Counted from the first letter of the stretch, positions 13,409-35,144 are shown. The stretch is DNA of 64,000 nucleotides from Eledone cirrhosa (GCA_964016885.1 OZ024741.1:329654001-329718000); one strand, 5' to 3'. Numbers and translations are program-made. The notes: a model not told the origin generated them from the sequence alone.

Positions 13409-13671
<263 letters not shown>

Positions 13672-13678
13672 GTATATG

Positions 13679-13709
<31 letters not shown>

Positions 13710-13716
13710 GTATATG

Positions 13717-13917
<201 letters not shown>

Positions 13918-13938
13918 TAATATATATATATATAATAT

Positions 13939-13986
<48 letters not shown>

Positions 13987-14012
13987 ATATTATGTATATA
14001 TTATATATATAT

Positions 14013-14554
<542 letters not shown>

Positions 14555-14560
14555 ATAATA

Positions 14561-14595
<35 letters not shown>

Positions 14596-14602
14596 TAATA
14601 TA

Positions 14603-14795
<193 letters not shown>

Positions 14796-14802
14796 TAATA
14801 TA

Positions 14803-14882
<80 letters not shown>

Positions 14883-14914
14883 AATATATATGTATATATA
14901 TATAAATATATATG

Positions 14915-14961
<47 letters not shown>

Positions 14962-15000
14962 AATATATATGTATATATATATAAATATATATATAATATT

Positions 15001-17521
15001 TTACTCAACGCCTACGACAGTAAAGAAGAACAGATAGAGACATTTAACGTAGAAGAGAACTGGGAGTTCCTAAAAAATAACTTACTAGAGGCGACGGATG
15101 AGGTTTGTGGCTGGAGTAAGACCTCAAGCAGGAGGAGAGTGACTTGGTGGTGGAACAATAAGGTAGATGAAGCAGTCAAGGCCAAGAGACAGGCATGGAA
15201 AGAATGGAAGAACGGGGGGAGCAGGGTACATTACATAGAGACCAAGAGGGAAGCTAGGCGACAAGTATACTTAGCTAGGAGGGAAGCAGAGGATAGAAAA
15301 TTCAAGCATGTTTTACAACGTGAGGACCAGAAACAGGAGGTATTCAAGATTGCGAGGCAGTGTGTCAGAGATAGTTGTGATGTCATTGGAGAGAAGTGTA
15401 TCCGGAATGATAAAGGTGAGCTTGCCCTCACAAGTGCTGAGAAGAAAGATGCATGGAAGAGTCATTATGATAGATTACTAAATGAGGAGAATGCATGGGA
15501 AGAAGAGACCCTACCCCACGTAGACCCTATAGAGGGACCAGCAGTACAAGTCAGCGGCAGCGTAGTAAGTAAGGCAATCAGAGATATGAAGATAGGGAAG
15601 GCAACCGGTCCATCGGGTATAGCTGCCGAGATGCTGAAGGCATCTGGGTCTGTAGGTCACACTATAACCACACGTATCGTTAACCAGGTAATACTAGAGG
15701 GGGGCCATACCAAAAGATTGGTGCAGTAGCATCATTGTCAACTGCTACAAAGGTAAAGGCGATGCACTAGATAGAGGAAACTATAGAGGTATAAAGTTGA
15801 TGGACCAGGTCATGAAAGTAACAGAAAGAGTTATAGCACAGCTGATTAGGGACCGGGTGAATATAGACGAGATGCAATTTGGGTTTGTTCCAGGGAAAGG
15901 CACCACTGATGCGCTCTTCCTTGTGAGGCAATTACAGGAAAAGTACCTAGCTAAAAGTAAGCCACTCTACTTGGCATTTGTCGACCTTGAGAAAGCCTTT
16001 GACAGAGTTCCACGTGCAGTAATCTGGTGGGCTCTTAGAAAACTAGGAGTAGATGAATGGCTTGTGAAAGCGGTACAAGCCATGTATAGGGGAGCAGTCA
16101 GCAAAGTTAGGATTGGCAATGAGTATAGCGAGGAATTTAGCGTACAGGTTGGGGTCCACCAGGGCTCTGTTCTTAGCCCTCTCCTGTTCATCATAGTCCT
16201 GCAGGCAATAACGGAGGAGTTTAAGACCGGATGCCCATGGGAACTCCTGTATGCTGATGACCTCGCACTCATAGCTGAATCTATGGTAGAACTAGAGAAT
16301 AAATTCCAAACCTGGAAGCAGGGACTAGAGAGAAAGGGCCTCAAAGTCAACATGACAAAGACTAAGGTCCTTATAAGTAGACGAGAAAAACAGAACCCAG
16401 ATCCCCTCAGGGAAATGGCCTTGCTCAGTATGTAGGAAAGGTGTAGGTAGGAACTCCATTCTTTGCCCCAAATGCAAACAATGGGTACACAAGAGATGTA
16501 GCGGGATCTCAGGAAGCTTAATTAAGAATGTAGGATTCACATGCAGCAGCTGTGCTGAAACAGCAAGCAAACAGCCACAGGAAACAAGTACCACCAATCT
16601 CTGGGAGGGCCCTGTAGAAACAGTAGACAGCTTCTGCTACCTAGGTGACCGAATTAGCAACGGAGGTGGGTGCTCAGAAAGTACAATAACTAGGGTAAGA
16701 ACGGGATGGAAGAAGTTTAGGGAACTACTACCACTGCTAGCTGCAAAAGGCTTCTCCCTCAGAATGAAAGGCAGACTGTATGATGCGTGTATCCGAACAG
16801 CGATGTTGCATGGTAGTGAGACCTGGGCGCTGAAGGTGGAAGACTTACGTAGATTAGAGAGAAACGAAGCCTGCATGCTCCGATGGATGTGTAACAGTAA
16901 TATACGTGAACGACAAAGCATAAATGAATTGAGAGAGAGACTGAGCATAAGAGGAATCAAATGCTGCGTGCAGGAGAGGCGGTTACGCTGGTATGGACAT
17001 GTGATGCGTATGAAGGATGACAGCTGCATAAAAAGGTGCAGAGCACTAGAAGTTGATGGAAACCGCGGAGTGGGGAGACCCAAGATGACTTGGGATGAGG
17101 TGATAAAAGCCGACCTTACCCAACTACACCTCTCAAAGTCAATGACACACGACCGTGACTTCTGGCGTCACGCAGTAATACAGGGTACCCGACCTCCCAT
17201 GGGTACATGCTGAAGCATATAAACAATATGCCCCCCCCCCCCCCCCACCGCAAGGTGGTCGTGGAGGTGCCACGGCAAAAAAGCACCCAGCCCACACTGT
17301 AAAGTGGACGTGTAGGCGCCACGAAAAAGCACCCAGCACTCACTGTAAATGAGGTTGGTGTTAGGAAGGGCATCCAGCTGTAGAAATCAAGCCAGATCAG
17401 TTCCTGTATGAGCAAGGCATGGTCAGCCGACCAGGACACTGCCCACAACAGGACAACCCGTCTAACCCATGCTAGCGTGGAAGAACGGACGTAAAACGGT
17501 GATGATGATGATGATGATGAT
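15001..17521 (+). mobile_element. Young 5'-truncated RTE LINE, family A (RT + PHD-like finger + 3' UTR)
   Basis: [57 protein letters not shown]; frameshifts only at homopolymer runs (~15700, ~16390); stop at 17213; (TGA)n tail. Confidence 0.97.
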
Positions 17522-17536
17522 ATATATATATAAATA

Positions 17537-17569
<33 letters not shown>

Positions 17570-17582
17570 AATATATATATAT

Positions 17583-17915
17583 ATGGTTAGAGCATTGGCC
17601 TTGCAATCGAAAGGTTGTGAGTTCAATTCTCAGACCGGGTGATGTGTTGTTTCCTTGAGCAAGGCACTTTATTTCATATTGCTCCAGTTTACTCAGCTGT
17701 AGAAATGAGATGATAGGGACTGAGGTCCCTATCATTCCACTGCAAAGTGGTTGTGTAGGTGCCACGGCAAAAAAGCACCCAGCACTCACTGTAAATGAGG
17801 TTGGTGTTAGGAAGGGCATCCAGCTGTAGAAATCAAGCCAGAATCAGTTCCCGTCCCACCCTTGCAAGCAGGGAAAAAGCGGGCGTAAAATGAAATGATG
17901 ATGATGATGATGATG
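17583..17915 (+). mobile_element. SINE family 2
   Basis: TGGTTAGAGC...CTTGCAA...GTTCAATTC tRNA-like head, TCCTTGAGCAAGGCAC core, RTE 3' UTR-like tail with (TGA)n. Confidence 0.9.
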
Positions 17916-18395
17916 TATATATATATAAATATATATATATATGTATATATATATAAATATATATATATATGTATATATATATATAAATATATATATATAT
18001 GTATATATATATAAATATATATATATGTATATATATATAAATATATATATATGTATATATATATAAATATATATATATATGTATAAATATATATATATAT
18101 GTATATATATATAAATATATATATATATGTATATATATATAAATATATATATATATGTATATATATATAAATATATATATATATGTATATATATATAAAT
18201 ATATATATATATGTATATATATATAAATATATATATATATATGTATATATATATAAATATATATATATGTATATATATATAAATATTATATATATATGTA
18301 TATATATATAAATATATATATATATGTATATATATATAAATATATATATATATGTATATATATATAAATATATATATATATGTATATATATATAA

Positions 18396-18436
<41 letters not shown>

Positions 18437-18456
18437 AATATATATATATATATTAT

Positions 18457-18488
<32 letters not shown>

Positions 18489-18501
18489 TATAAATATATA
18501 T

Positions 18502-18581
<80 letters not shown>

Positions 18582-19146
18582 ATATATATATGTGTATATA
18601 TATATGTGTATATATATATGTGTATATATATATGTGTATATATATATGTGTATATACATGTGTGTATATATATATGTGTATATATATGTGTATATATGTG
18701 TGTATATATATGTGTGTATATATATGTGTGTGTATATATGTGTGTATATATATGTGTGTATATATATGTGTGTATATATATGTGTGTGTATATATATGTG
18801 TATATATATGTGTGTATATATGTGTATATATATATGTGTGTATATATGTGTATATATATATGTGTGTATATATATGTGTATATATATATATGTGTATATA
18901 TATATGTGTATATATATGTGTATATATATATGTGTATATATATATGTATATATATATATGTATATATATATATGTATATATATGTGTATATATATATGTA
19001 TATATATATGTATATATATATATGTATATATATATGTGTATATATATGTGTATATATATATGTGTATATATATATGTATATATATATGTGTATATATATA
19101 TGTGTATATATATATGTATATATATATATGTATATATATGTATATG

Positions 19147-19197
<51 letters not shown>

Positions 19198-19282
19198 ATA
19201 TATATATGTATAAATATATATATATATGTATATATATATATGCATATATATATATGTATATATATATATGTATATATATATG

Positions 19283-19345
<63 letters not shown>

Positions 19346-19358
19346 GTATATATATATG

Positions 19359-19441
<83 letters not shown>

Positions 19442-19480
19442 GTATATATATATGTATATATATGTATATATATATATATG

Positions 19481-19575
<95 letters not shown>

Positions 19576-19604
19576 GTATATATATATATATTATATATTA
19601 TGTA

Positions 19605-19797
<193 letters not shown>

Positions 19798-19798
19798 G

Positions 19799-19831
<33 letters not shown>

Positions 19832-19865
19832 AATATATGTATATATATATATATGTATATATACA

Positions 19866-19956
<91 letters not shown>

Positions 19957-20012
19957 GTTATATATATATGTATATATATATGTATATATATATATATATG
20001 TATATATATATG

Positions 20013-20043
<31 letters not shown>

Positions 20044-20049
20044 GTATAA

Positions 20050-20986
<937 letters not shown>

Positions 20987-20989
20987 GTA

Positions 20990-21086
<97 letters not shown>

Positions 21087-21089
21087 GTA

Positions 21090-21143
<54 letters not shown>

Positions 21144-21219
21144 CATATAATATATACATATAATATATTACATATATATAATATATTACATATATATATA
21201 TATACATATATATATATAC

Positions 21220-21259
<40 letters not shown>

Positions 21260-21505
21260 ATAATATATATATATATACATAATATATATATACATACATA
21301 TATATATATACATACATATATATATACATACATATATATATATATATACATACATATATATATATACATACATATATATATATAATACATATATATATAT
21401 ATACATACATATATATATACATACATATATATAATATATACATACATATATATATACAATATATACATACATATATATATACATACATATATATATATAT
21501 ACATA

Positions 21506-21546
<41 letters not shown>

Positions 21547-21600
21547 ACATACATATATATACACATACATATATATATATATACATACATATATATATAC

Positions 21601-22135
21601 ATGGTGGCTGCCAACTCGTTTTCGAGTACGGCCACTACTTTATATCCATGTAGGAGAACCTCTACCAATGCGCTGAACGAATGTGACTTTTTAGTCCAGC
21701 CAGCGACTTGAAAACTCTGGTACAAACACTACACTTGTGACAATTATTGACACATAGTGCTGGGCCCATGGTACCATGTGACGACAAGTGCAGAGAGATC
21801 TCCAGATATAAAGCAATGCCTGTGCTGTGAAGCTTTTATAGTGAGCAAAGGGCACTGCACAAAGCCAGTCCCACTCTCTTAACCAAGATGATATTTACCA
21901 AAAAGAAGAACAATTCAACATCATTGGATACCATCAGGGTTGCAGGTGTTATATCAGAGTTTTCCATCTCCTAGAATTCTGCCTTGACAAAGGCTAAGGG
22001 GTCATCTCTCCCGGTGATTTTGGATGGCATTGACTCTTAAGAGCCTCCTTTACCCTTTGACAGGTTTTGTTTTTAGTCCTGCAGGATGTCCAAAGTCACC
22101 CTCCTCACCAAGAAACCTTGGTGGGGTTGCCAGTT
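21601..22135 (-). mobile_element. Non-autonomous RTE derivative, copy A (runs into gap)
   Basis: Same 3' end as four other copies; C2H2 remnant [25 protein letters not shown]; RTE-like 5' UTR motif CTAGGAGA(T/A)GGAAAACTCTG. Confidence 0.8.
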
Positions 22136-22335
22136 NNNNNNNNNNNNNNNNNNNNNNNNNNNNNNNNNNNNNNNNNNNNNNNNNNNNNNNNNNNNNNNNN
22201 NNNNNNNNNNNNNNNNNNNNNNNNNNNNNNNNNNNNNNNNNNNNNNNNNNNNNNNNNNNNNNNNNNNNNNNNNNNNNNNNNNNNNNNNNNNNNNNNNNNN
22301 NNNNNNNNNNNNNNNNNNNNNNNNNNNNNNNNNNN
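22136..22335. other. Assembly gap (200 N)
   Basis: Run of N. Confidence 1.
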
Positions 22336-22395
22336 CAAACCCATGCAAGCGTGGGAACACGGACGTTAACGTTGATGATGATGATGATGATGATG

Positions 22396-22397
<2 letters not shown>
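22336..22397 (+). mobile_element. RTE family B extreme 3' end
   Basis: CAAACCCATGCAAGCGTGGGAACACGGACGTTAACGT(TGA)n. Confidence 0.85.
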
Positions 22398-22462
<65 letters not shown>

Positions 22463-22465
22463 TTC

Positions 22466-23541
<1,076 letters not shown>

Positions 23542-23552
23542 CTATATATATG

Positions 23553-23655
<103 letters not shown>

Positions 23656-23656
23656 G

Positions 23657-23713
<57 letters not shown>

Positions 23714-23715
<2 letters not shown>

Positions 23716-23997
23716 CATCATCATCATCAACGTTTAACGTCCGTGTTCCACGCTTGCATGGGTTTGGACGGGGGTAGTCCCACTTGAGGCCAGAGTGGTT
23801 GTCTTGCTCGCATAGGACTGTCTGGCGGGTTTTCTACAGTTGGATGCCCTTCCTAACACCAACCACATTTACAGTGTGGGTCTGGGAGGTTTTTACCGTG
23901 TTGCCTACACGGCCACATTACAGCGTGGACTGTGTGTTTTTTTGTCGTGACACCTACACGATCTCATTGTTTCGGCCTGGATGGCGCGGCACCAACA
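23714..23997 (-). mobile_element. RTE family B 3' UTR, inverted copy
   Basis: Near-exact reverse complement of ~23130-23414. Confidence 0.92.
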
Positions 23998-24008
23998 TAT
24001 ATATATAC

Positions 24009-24161
<153 letters not shown>

Positions 24162-24192
24162 CATATATATATATATACATATATATATATAC

Positions 24193-24294
<102 letters not shown>

Positions 24295-24301
24295 CATATA
24301 C

Positions 24302-24396
<95 letters not shown>

Positions 24397-24399
24397 CAC

Positions 24400-24636
<237 letters not shown>

Positions 24637-24651
24637 CATATATATATACAC

Positions 24652-24682
<31 letters not shown>

Positions 24683-24795
24683 CATATATATACACATATA
24701 TATATATATACATATACATATATATACATATATATACACATATATATATATACACATATATATATATATATATACACATATATATATATATATAT

Positions 24796-24911
<116 letters not shown>

Positions 24912-24940
24912 TATATACACACATATATATATATATATAT

Positions 24941-25034
24941 ATCATCATCATCAACGTTTAACGTCCGTGTTCCACGCTTGCATGGGTTTGGACGGGGGTA
25001 GTCCCACTTGAGGCAAGAGTGATTGTCTTGCTCA
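24941..25034 (-). mobile_element. RTE family B short 3' end
   Basis: (CAT)n-CAACGTTTAACGTCCGTGTTCCACGCTTGCATGGG... Confidence 0.9.
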
Positions 25035-25087
25035 TATAAATATATACACACATATATAATATATATTACACATATACATATATACAC

Positions 25088-25122
<35 letters not shown>

Positions 25123-25154
25123 ATATATACACATATATATATATATATATACAC

Positions 25155-25242
<88 letters not shown>

Positions 25243-25256
25243 TGTATATACACATA

Positions 25257-25298
<42 letters not shown>

Positions 25299-25400
25299 CA
25301 ATATATATATATACATATATATATACAATATATATATATACATAATATACACATATATATATATATATATATTTACACACATATATATATATATAATATT

Positions 25401-25612
<212 letters not shown>

Positions 25613-25623
25613 TATATATATAC

Positions 25624-25672
<49 letters not shown>

Positions 25673-25705
25673 CATACATATATATATATACATACATATA
25701 TATAC

Positions 25706-25755
<50 letters not shown>

Positions 25756-25766
25756 TATATATATAC

Positions 25767-25797
<31 letters not shown>

Positions 25798-25845
25798 CAT
25801 ATATTATATATACATACATATATATATATACATACATATATATAC

Positions 25846-25876
<31 letters not shown>

Positions 25877-25909
25877 CATACATATATATATATACATACA
25901 TATATATAC

Positions 25910-25940
<31 letters not shown>

Positions 25941-26229
25941 CATACATATATATATATACATACATATATATATATATACATACATATATATATATACATA
26001 CATATATATATATATATACATACATATATATATATATACATACATATATATATATACATACATATATATATATATATACATACATATATATATATACATA
26101 CATATATATATATATATACATACATATATATATATACATACATATATATATATATACATACATATATACATACATATATATATACATACATATATATATA
26201 TATATACATACATATATATATATACATAC

Positions 26230-26262
<33 letters not shown>

Positions 26263-26292
26263 CATACATATATATATATATATACATACATA

Positions 26293-26376
<84 letters not shown>

Positions 26377-26384
26377 CATACATA

Positions 26385-26444
<60 letters not shown>

Positions 26445-26482
26445 CATATATATATACATACATATATATATATACATACATA

Positions 26483-26523
<41 letters not shown>

Positions 26524-26532
26524 ACATACATA

Positions 26533-26568
<36 letters not shown>

Positions 26569-26633
26569 CATACATATATATATATATATATACATACATA
26601 TATATATATATACATAATATATATACATACATA

Positions 26634-26674
<41 letters not shown>

Positions 26675-26696
26675 ATACATATATATATATACATAC

Positions 26697-26767
<71 letters not shown>

Positions 26768-26848
26768 CACATATATATATATATATATATACATATATAT
26801 ACATATATATACATATATATATATATACATATATATACATATATATAC

Positions 26849-26889
<41 letters not shown>

Positions 26890-26940
26890 CATATATATAT
26901 ACATATATATACATATATATACATATATACATATATATAC

Positions 26941-27117
<177 letters not shown>

Positions 27118-27142
27118 CATATATATACATATATATATATAT

Positions 27143-27299
<157 letters not shown>

Positions 27300-27308
27300 C
27301 ATATATAC

Positions 27309-27354
<46 letters not shown>

Positions 27355-27355
27355 T

Positions 27356-27386
<31 letters not shown>

Positions 27387-27389
27387 TAC

Positions 27390-27435
<46 letters not shown>

Positions 27436-27438
27436 GTA

Positions 27439-27483
<45 letters not shown>

Positions 27484-27545
27484 ATATGTATATATATATG
27501 TATATATGTTATATATATATATATGTATATGTGTATATATATATG

Positions 27546-27686
<141 letters not shown>

Positions 27687-27699
27687 TGTATATATATAT

Positions 27700-27745
<46 letters not shown>

Positions 27746-27801
27746 ATATATTATGTATATATATATATATATATATACATATATACATATATATATATAT
27801 G

Positions 27802-27861
<60 letters not shown>

Positions 27862-27885
27862 TAATATATATATATACATATATAC

Positions 27886-28004
<119 letters not shown>

Positions 28005-28045
28005 CATATATACATATATATGTATATATATATGTATATATATAT

Positions 28046-28147
<102 letters not shown>

Positions 28148-28159
28148 ATATATATATAT

Positions 28160-28226
<67 letters not shown>

Positions 28227-28233
28227 TATATAC

Positions 28234-28299
<66 letters not shown>

Positions 28300-28300
28300 G

Positions 28301-28797
28301 AAAAACAAATAACGAACGAAATTAAATTTCGTTTCGTTTGTAACTCACTTTTTTATGACTGACGCTTAAACAATTAAGTTAAAAATGTACATCTACATAT
28401 GCATACTGAAATACCAGTATGCATATGAATACACACAACGTATACATATGTAGATGTACCAAGTCTTTCACTGGTTACTTTACTGTGAGTATCCAGCTAT
28501 TCTGTATGTAAACACACAGACAAACCGGTTTTTAGAGTCATACTGGTTTTTGAGGAAACACCTTTCCTCTATTCTCCAGAAAGCCAGACAAGGAATATTG
28601 AACTAGTTTCGTTGTTGTTACAACTCATCAGCAATATTTACCTATCTACCGGCCTTTCTGGAGAATCGTAAAAGCACATAGCGTTATATGCTTTTTCTAT
28701 GAAAATTAGTAGTGGGCAGACCAATTTGCATAGAGTGTGAGTACGTACCGGTTCAACGGAGACGATAAAAACAAATAACGAAACGAAATTAAATTTC
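28301..28797 (-). mobile_element. ~500-bp non-coding hammerhead-bearing element (Penelope/retrozyme-like)
   Basis: ~31-nt direct repeats at 28301-28331 and 28767-28797, a central hammerhead, and similarity to the elements at 45908 and 57012. Confidence 0.62.
28594..28638 (-). ncRNA. Minimal type-I hammerhead ribozyme motif
   Basis: Reverse complement AATATTG-CTGATGA-GTTGT(aaca)ACAAC-GAAA-ctag-TT-CAATATT: perfect 7-bp stem I, 5-bp stem II, palindromic loop III. Confidence 0.85.
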
Positions 28798-29690
28798 CAG
28801 CGAATCGTCTACATGCTGTCGCCACCTTCATGATGTGTGAAGAAAAAGATGCATCATCGCTCATGTCTATGCCCAGGTCTCGTATCGATTTTGACACGGG
28901 GATATCGGTCCCTCCTGGTCCTGTGTAGCTGTGTTCCGCTATATTTGTGTTTGTGTTTGCAGGTTTGTATTGTAGGGCTTGGAATTTGCCAGCATTAAAC
29001 TGCATGTTGTTTTCTTCCGCCCATCTGTATATGGCATCCAGATCCTGCTGTAAGAGGGCAGCGTCAGCCGGGTTTTTGATTGCCTGTGCTACCTTAGTGT
29101 CATCAGCATAGCTAGTGAGGGATGTTGTTGCATGCACCACAGAGGGCATGTCTGAGAGAGCCACCAAAAACAGTAGTGGTCCCAGGACTGTCCCCTGAGG
29201 CACCCCACTTGTTATCGGTGTTTCCCTCGAGAGGGCCCCATTTGCTGCGACTGCCTGGCTTCTGTCCCTTAGGAAGCCATGCAGCCACTCACCTACTTTT
29301 CCTGTTATGCCCAGTCCGTGTAGTTTGTGACATATCATTCCGTGGTCGACCTTGTCAAAGGCCTTCGCAAAGTCAAGATATATCACGTCTACATGTGAGC
29401 TGTCTAGTAGTTGTCTCAGTACCCAGTCGTAGTGATGTAGCAGCTGTGTAAGGCAGCTTCTTCCTGGGCGGAAGCCATGTTGCGTGCTAGTGAGGCGGTC
29501 ATTTTCTTTGAGGAAAGTGATTAGTTTCTTTCTGACGACTCGCTCCATGACCTTACTGATATGCGACGTCAGGGAGACTGGCCTATAGTTCTTGGCTCCG
29601 CTCTACTACCTCCTTTATGGATAGGGCATATTGTGCCTTCTTTCAGCTCCCCGGGTAGTACACCGCTAGCCAAGGAGCTTCTGAGAGCAT
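28798..29690 (-). mobile_element. CR1-type LINE RT fragment
   Basis: ORF 28706-29548: QHGFRPGRSCLTQLL, VIYLDFAKAFDKVDHG, SGVPQGTVLGPLLF, SYADDTK, IRDLGI. Confidence 0.93.
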
Positions 29691-29724
29691 CTTCAGTGGA
29701 GTTGCTAAGGCCCGCTTACATATG

Positions 29725-29776
<52 letters not shown>

Positions 29777-29814
29777 ATATATACATATATATATATATAT
29801 ATATACATATATAT

Positions 29815-30041
29815 ATTGTTATATTTGGGGAGGGTCATATTTGCGTAATATTGCCAGAATTAATAACAGAACACACTCACTGTTTGGTTGGTTTTCGCTT
29901 CTCGCTGTCTTTTATATATATATATCTGCGATCTAACTTACTCAAATATTACGCAAATATGACCCTCCCCAAATATAACAATATCTGTTTCGACACACGA
30001 TTTCATATAAAAAACCTCGCAAAACTAATTCATCGCCGCTA
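29815..30041 (+). mobile_element. Penelope-like terminal fragment with fold-back and ORF start
   Basis: 38-bp inverted repeat at 29815-29852 / 29945-29982; [27 protein letters not shown] at 29959-30039 is homologous to 14310-14390. Confidence 0.5.
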
Positions 30042-30042
30042 C

Positions 30043-30184
<142 letters not shown>

Positions 30185-30232
30185 TATATATATACATATA
30201 TATATATATATACACATATATATATACACACA

Positions 30233-30314
<82 letters not shown>

Positions 30315-30360
30315 CATATATATATACATATATATACATATATATACATATATATACATA

Positions 30361-32090
30361 CGATCTGGGCTGTATCAGCGATGTTACTCCCCATTACACC
30401 TTATCGGACATAACATTTGGCGCCCCTGATGTCTTGGCGGCAATAAAGGAAATCAAGCATAATTCAGCAGTAGGTCCCGATAGGTTCCCTGCTTGTGTCT
30501 TGAAGGCGTGTCAACACCAACTTGCATCTCCTCTTGCCAATCTGTGGCGGAACTCACTGGATGCTGGATATGTGCCAGAAAACCTTCTATCCCAGTCTGT
30601 TGTCCCAGTTTTCAAAAAGGGAAACAAATCCCTTGCCGTGAATTACCGTCCAATCTCACTCACCTCTCATATCATTAAGGTATTTGAGCGAGTGGTGAGA
30701 TCGCGAATGACCACTTCCTTGAGAGTAACAATATGCTGAACTCCAACCAGCATGGATTCCGTAATGGAAGGGATTGCCTGACGCAGCTACTGCATCACTT
30801 TTGATGACATTTTGAGAGCCTTGGGAGAGGGTTCCAACACTGATGTTATCTACCTTGATTTCAGCAAGGCCTTTGACAGGGTTGATCATAACATTCTACT
30901 GAGAAAGCTGTCCAATATTGGTGTCACTGGAAAGCTGCTGCAGTGGATCAAGAGCTTCCTGTCAACAGAACCCAACATGGTGTAGTTGAGGGAGTCAAAT
31001 CAAGCCAGCCAAAGTCAGTAGTGGGGTCCCACAAGGCACTGTGTTGGGCCCACTTCTCTTCATCATCTATATTAATGACATCACTGACATCATCAAACAC
31101 AGCAACATTAAAATTTTCGCTGATGATTCCAAGCTCCAAAAGGTCATCAATGGCGTGGATGACCGGATAAGCCTTCAGTCAGACCTACTGGCTGTTACCC
31201 AATGGGCAGAAAAGAACAACATGTTACTGAACGAAGACAAATTCGAACTGATCCACTTTGGAAAAGAGGATGCTCTGAAACTCCCGTACTCCCTTCCCTC
31301 CGGGAAACTCTCGTGGCATCTAACAACATCAGAGACTTGGGAGTAACCGTGGACAGCAACATAAGCTGGACCACGCATATAAGCAGCAAAGTTGACATGG
31401 CCCGCAGAATGTGTTCCTGGATCCTCAGAACCTTCCAGTCGAGAGATTCCCGCACCATTATCCTTCTCTTCTCTACTTTCGCCCGACCACACCTTGAATA
31501 CTGTTGTCCACTGTGGTCTCCCCACACGAAACAAAGTATCATGAAACTTGAAGCTCCTCAAAGAGCAATCACGAAAAAGATAGATGGCATGTCAGACCTT
31601 GACTACTGGGTTCGATTAGAAAACCTGAAACTTTACTCACTCCAACGTCGCCGTGAGCGTTATATTATCTGCATGATGTGGAAAATGTTCCATCATCACT
31701 GCCCAAATGATGTTGGCATCGCCTTCAAGATACACCCAAGGCTTGGGACCCGTGCTATCCGTCCCATTCAAAAATCTAAATCGCAACTCATAACAACAAT
31801 ACGGCACAATTATTTCACCTCAATCGGTCCCTGCTCTCTTCAACATCACACCAGGACACGTCAAAACAGAAACTGAACCACACAAAATTCAAGAAGTCTT
31901 TGGACAAATTCCTCCAAGTAATCCCGGACAAACCACCCACACCCGGATATGTCTCCGCAAACAGTAATTCTCTTCTCGAATGGGCCATGGTGCCCAAATC
32001 CTGAATTGAAAGACTTCGCCAGGTGGTGCTATTAAGTTACACATGGCCTGGGCCAATACTGGCCAAAACATTTCAAAGTTATTCAAAGTT
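30361..32090 (+). mobile_element. CR1-type LINE, 5'-truncated, frameshifted ORF2 with intact 3' end
   Basis: [75 protein letters not shown]; tail (TTCAAAGTTA)2. Confidence 0.93.
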
Positions 32091-32222
32091 ATATATACAT
32101 ATACATATATATATATATATATACATATATATATACATATACACATATATATATATACATATATATATACATATATATATATATATACACATATATATAT
32201 ACATATATATATATATATACAC

Positions 32223-32289
<67 letters not shown>

Positions 32290-32298
32290 CATATATAC

Positions 32299-32349
<51 letters not shown>

Positions 32350-32433
32350 CATATATACATATATATATATATACATATATTATATATACATATATATACA
32401 TATATATATATATACATATATATACATATATAC

Positions 32434-32464
<31 letters not shown>

Positions 32465-32477
32465 CATATATATATAC

Positions 32478-32508
<31 letters not shown>

Positions 32509-32521
32509 CATATATATATAC

Positions 32522-32616
<95 letters not shown>

Positions 32617-32640
32617 CAATATATATATATACATATATAC

Positions 32641-32673
<33 letters not shown>

Positions 32674-32737
32674 CATATATACATATATACATATATACAT
32701 ATATATATATATACATATATATATTATACATATATAC

Positions 32738-32770
<33 letters not shown>

Positions 32771-32812
32771 ATATATATATATACATATATATATATACAT
32801 ATATATATATAC

Positions 32813-32845
<33 letters not shown>

Positions 32846-32883
32846 ATATATATACATATATATATACATATATATATATATAC

Positions 32884-32974
<91 letters not shown>

Positions 32975-33029
32975 CATATAAAATATATATATATACATAT
33001 ATACATACATATATACATATATAATATAC

Positions 33030-33080
<51 letters not shown>

Positions 33081-33159
33081 CATACATATATATATACATA
33101 CATATATACATATACATATATATACATATATATACATATATATATACATATATGTATAT

Positions 33160-33191
<32 letters not shown>

Positions 33192-33198
33192 GTATATG

Positions 33199-33240
<42 letters not shown>

Positions 33241-33252
33241 GTGTATATATAT

Positions 33253-33286
<34 letters not shown>

Positions 33287-33322
33287 ACATATATATACAT
33301 ATATATATATACATATATATAC

Positions 33323-33383
<61 letters not shown>

Positions 33384-33479
33384 CATATACATATATATAT
33401 ACATAATATATATATATACATATACATATATATATATATACATATACATATATATACATATACATATATATACATATAC

Positions 33480-33570
<91 letters not shown>

Positions 33571-33575
33571 ATACA

Positions 33576-33794
<219 letters not shown>

Positions 33795-33806
33795 ATATAT
33801 ATATAC

Positions 33807-33837
<31 letters not shown>

Positions 33838-33875
33838 ATATACATATACATATACATATATATATATACATATAC

Positions 33876-33938
<63 letters not shown>

Positions 33939-33943
33939 CATAC

Positions 33944-33976
<33 letters not shown>

Positions 33977-33995
33977 CATACATATATATATATAC

Positions 33996-34066
<71 letters not shown>

Positions 34067-34070
34067 CATG

Positions 34071-34167
<97 letters not shown>

Positions 34168-34197
34168 GTATATATATATATATATCTGTATATATAT

Positions 34198-34265
<68 letters not shown>

Positions 34266-34288
34266 GTATATATATATTTATATATATT

Positions 34289-34332
<44 letters not shown>

Positions 34333-34337
34333 TATAT

Positions 34338-34414
<77 letters not shown>

Positions 34415-34461
34415 TATATACACATATATATATATATATAATATATATATGTATATATATG

Positions 34462-34523
<62 letters not shown>

Positions 34524-34565
34524 TATATATATATGTATATATATATATATATATATGTGTATATA

Positions 34566-34646
<81 letters not shown>

Positions 34647-34653
34647 ATATATA

Positions 34654-34693
<40 letters not shown>

Positions 34694-34698
34694 ATATA

Positions 34699-34754
<56 letters not shown>

Positions 34755-34787
34755 AATATATATAAATATATATATATATGTATATAA

Positions 34788-34856
<69 letters not shown>

Positions 34857-34895
34857 GTATATAAATATATATAAATTATATATATATGTATATAA

Positions 34896-34962
<67 letters not shown>

Positions 34963-34983
34963 TATAAATATATAAATATATAA

Positions 34984-35061
<78 letters not shown>

Positions 35062-35144
35062 ATATATATGCAAAAGTTTTATTTAAGATTGTTGGGTTAC
35101 AACGAGTAAATATTTTATAACTGATATAAAAGCACTCAACAGTT

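Noticed and set aside
15967-17083. Minus-strand ORFs of 90-148 aa (also 3198-3557 and 47179-47625)
   Set aside because: Antisense shadows of RTE coding sequence with no independent signal.
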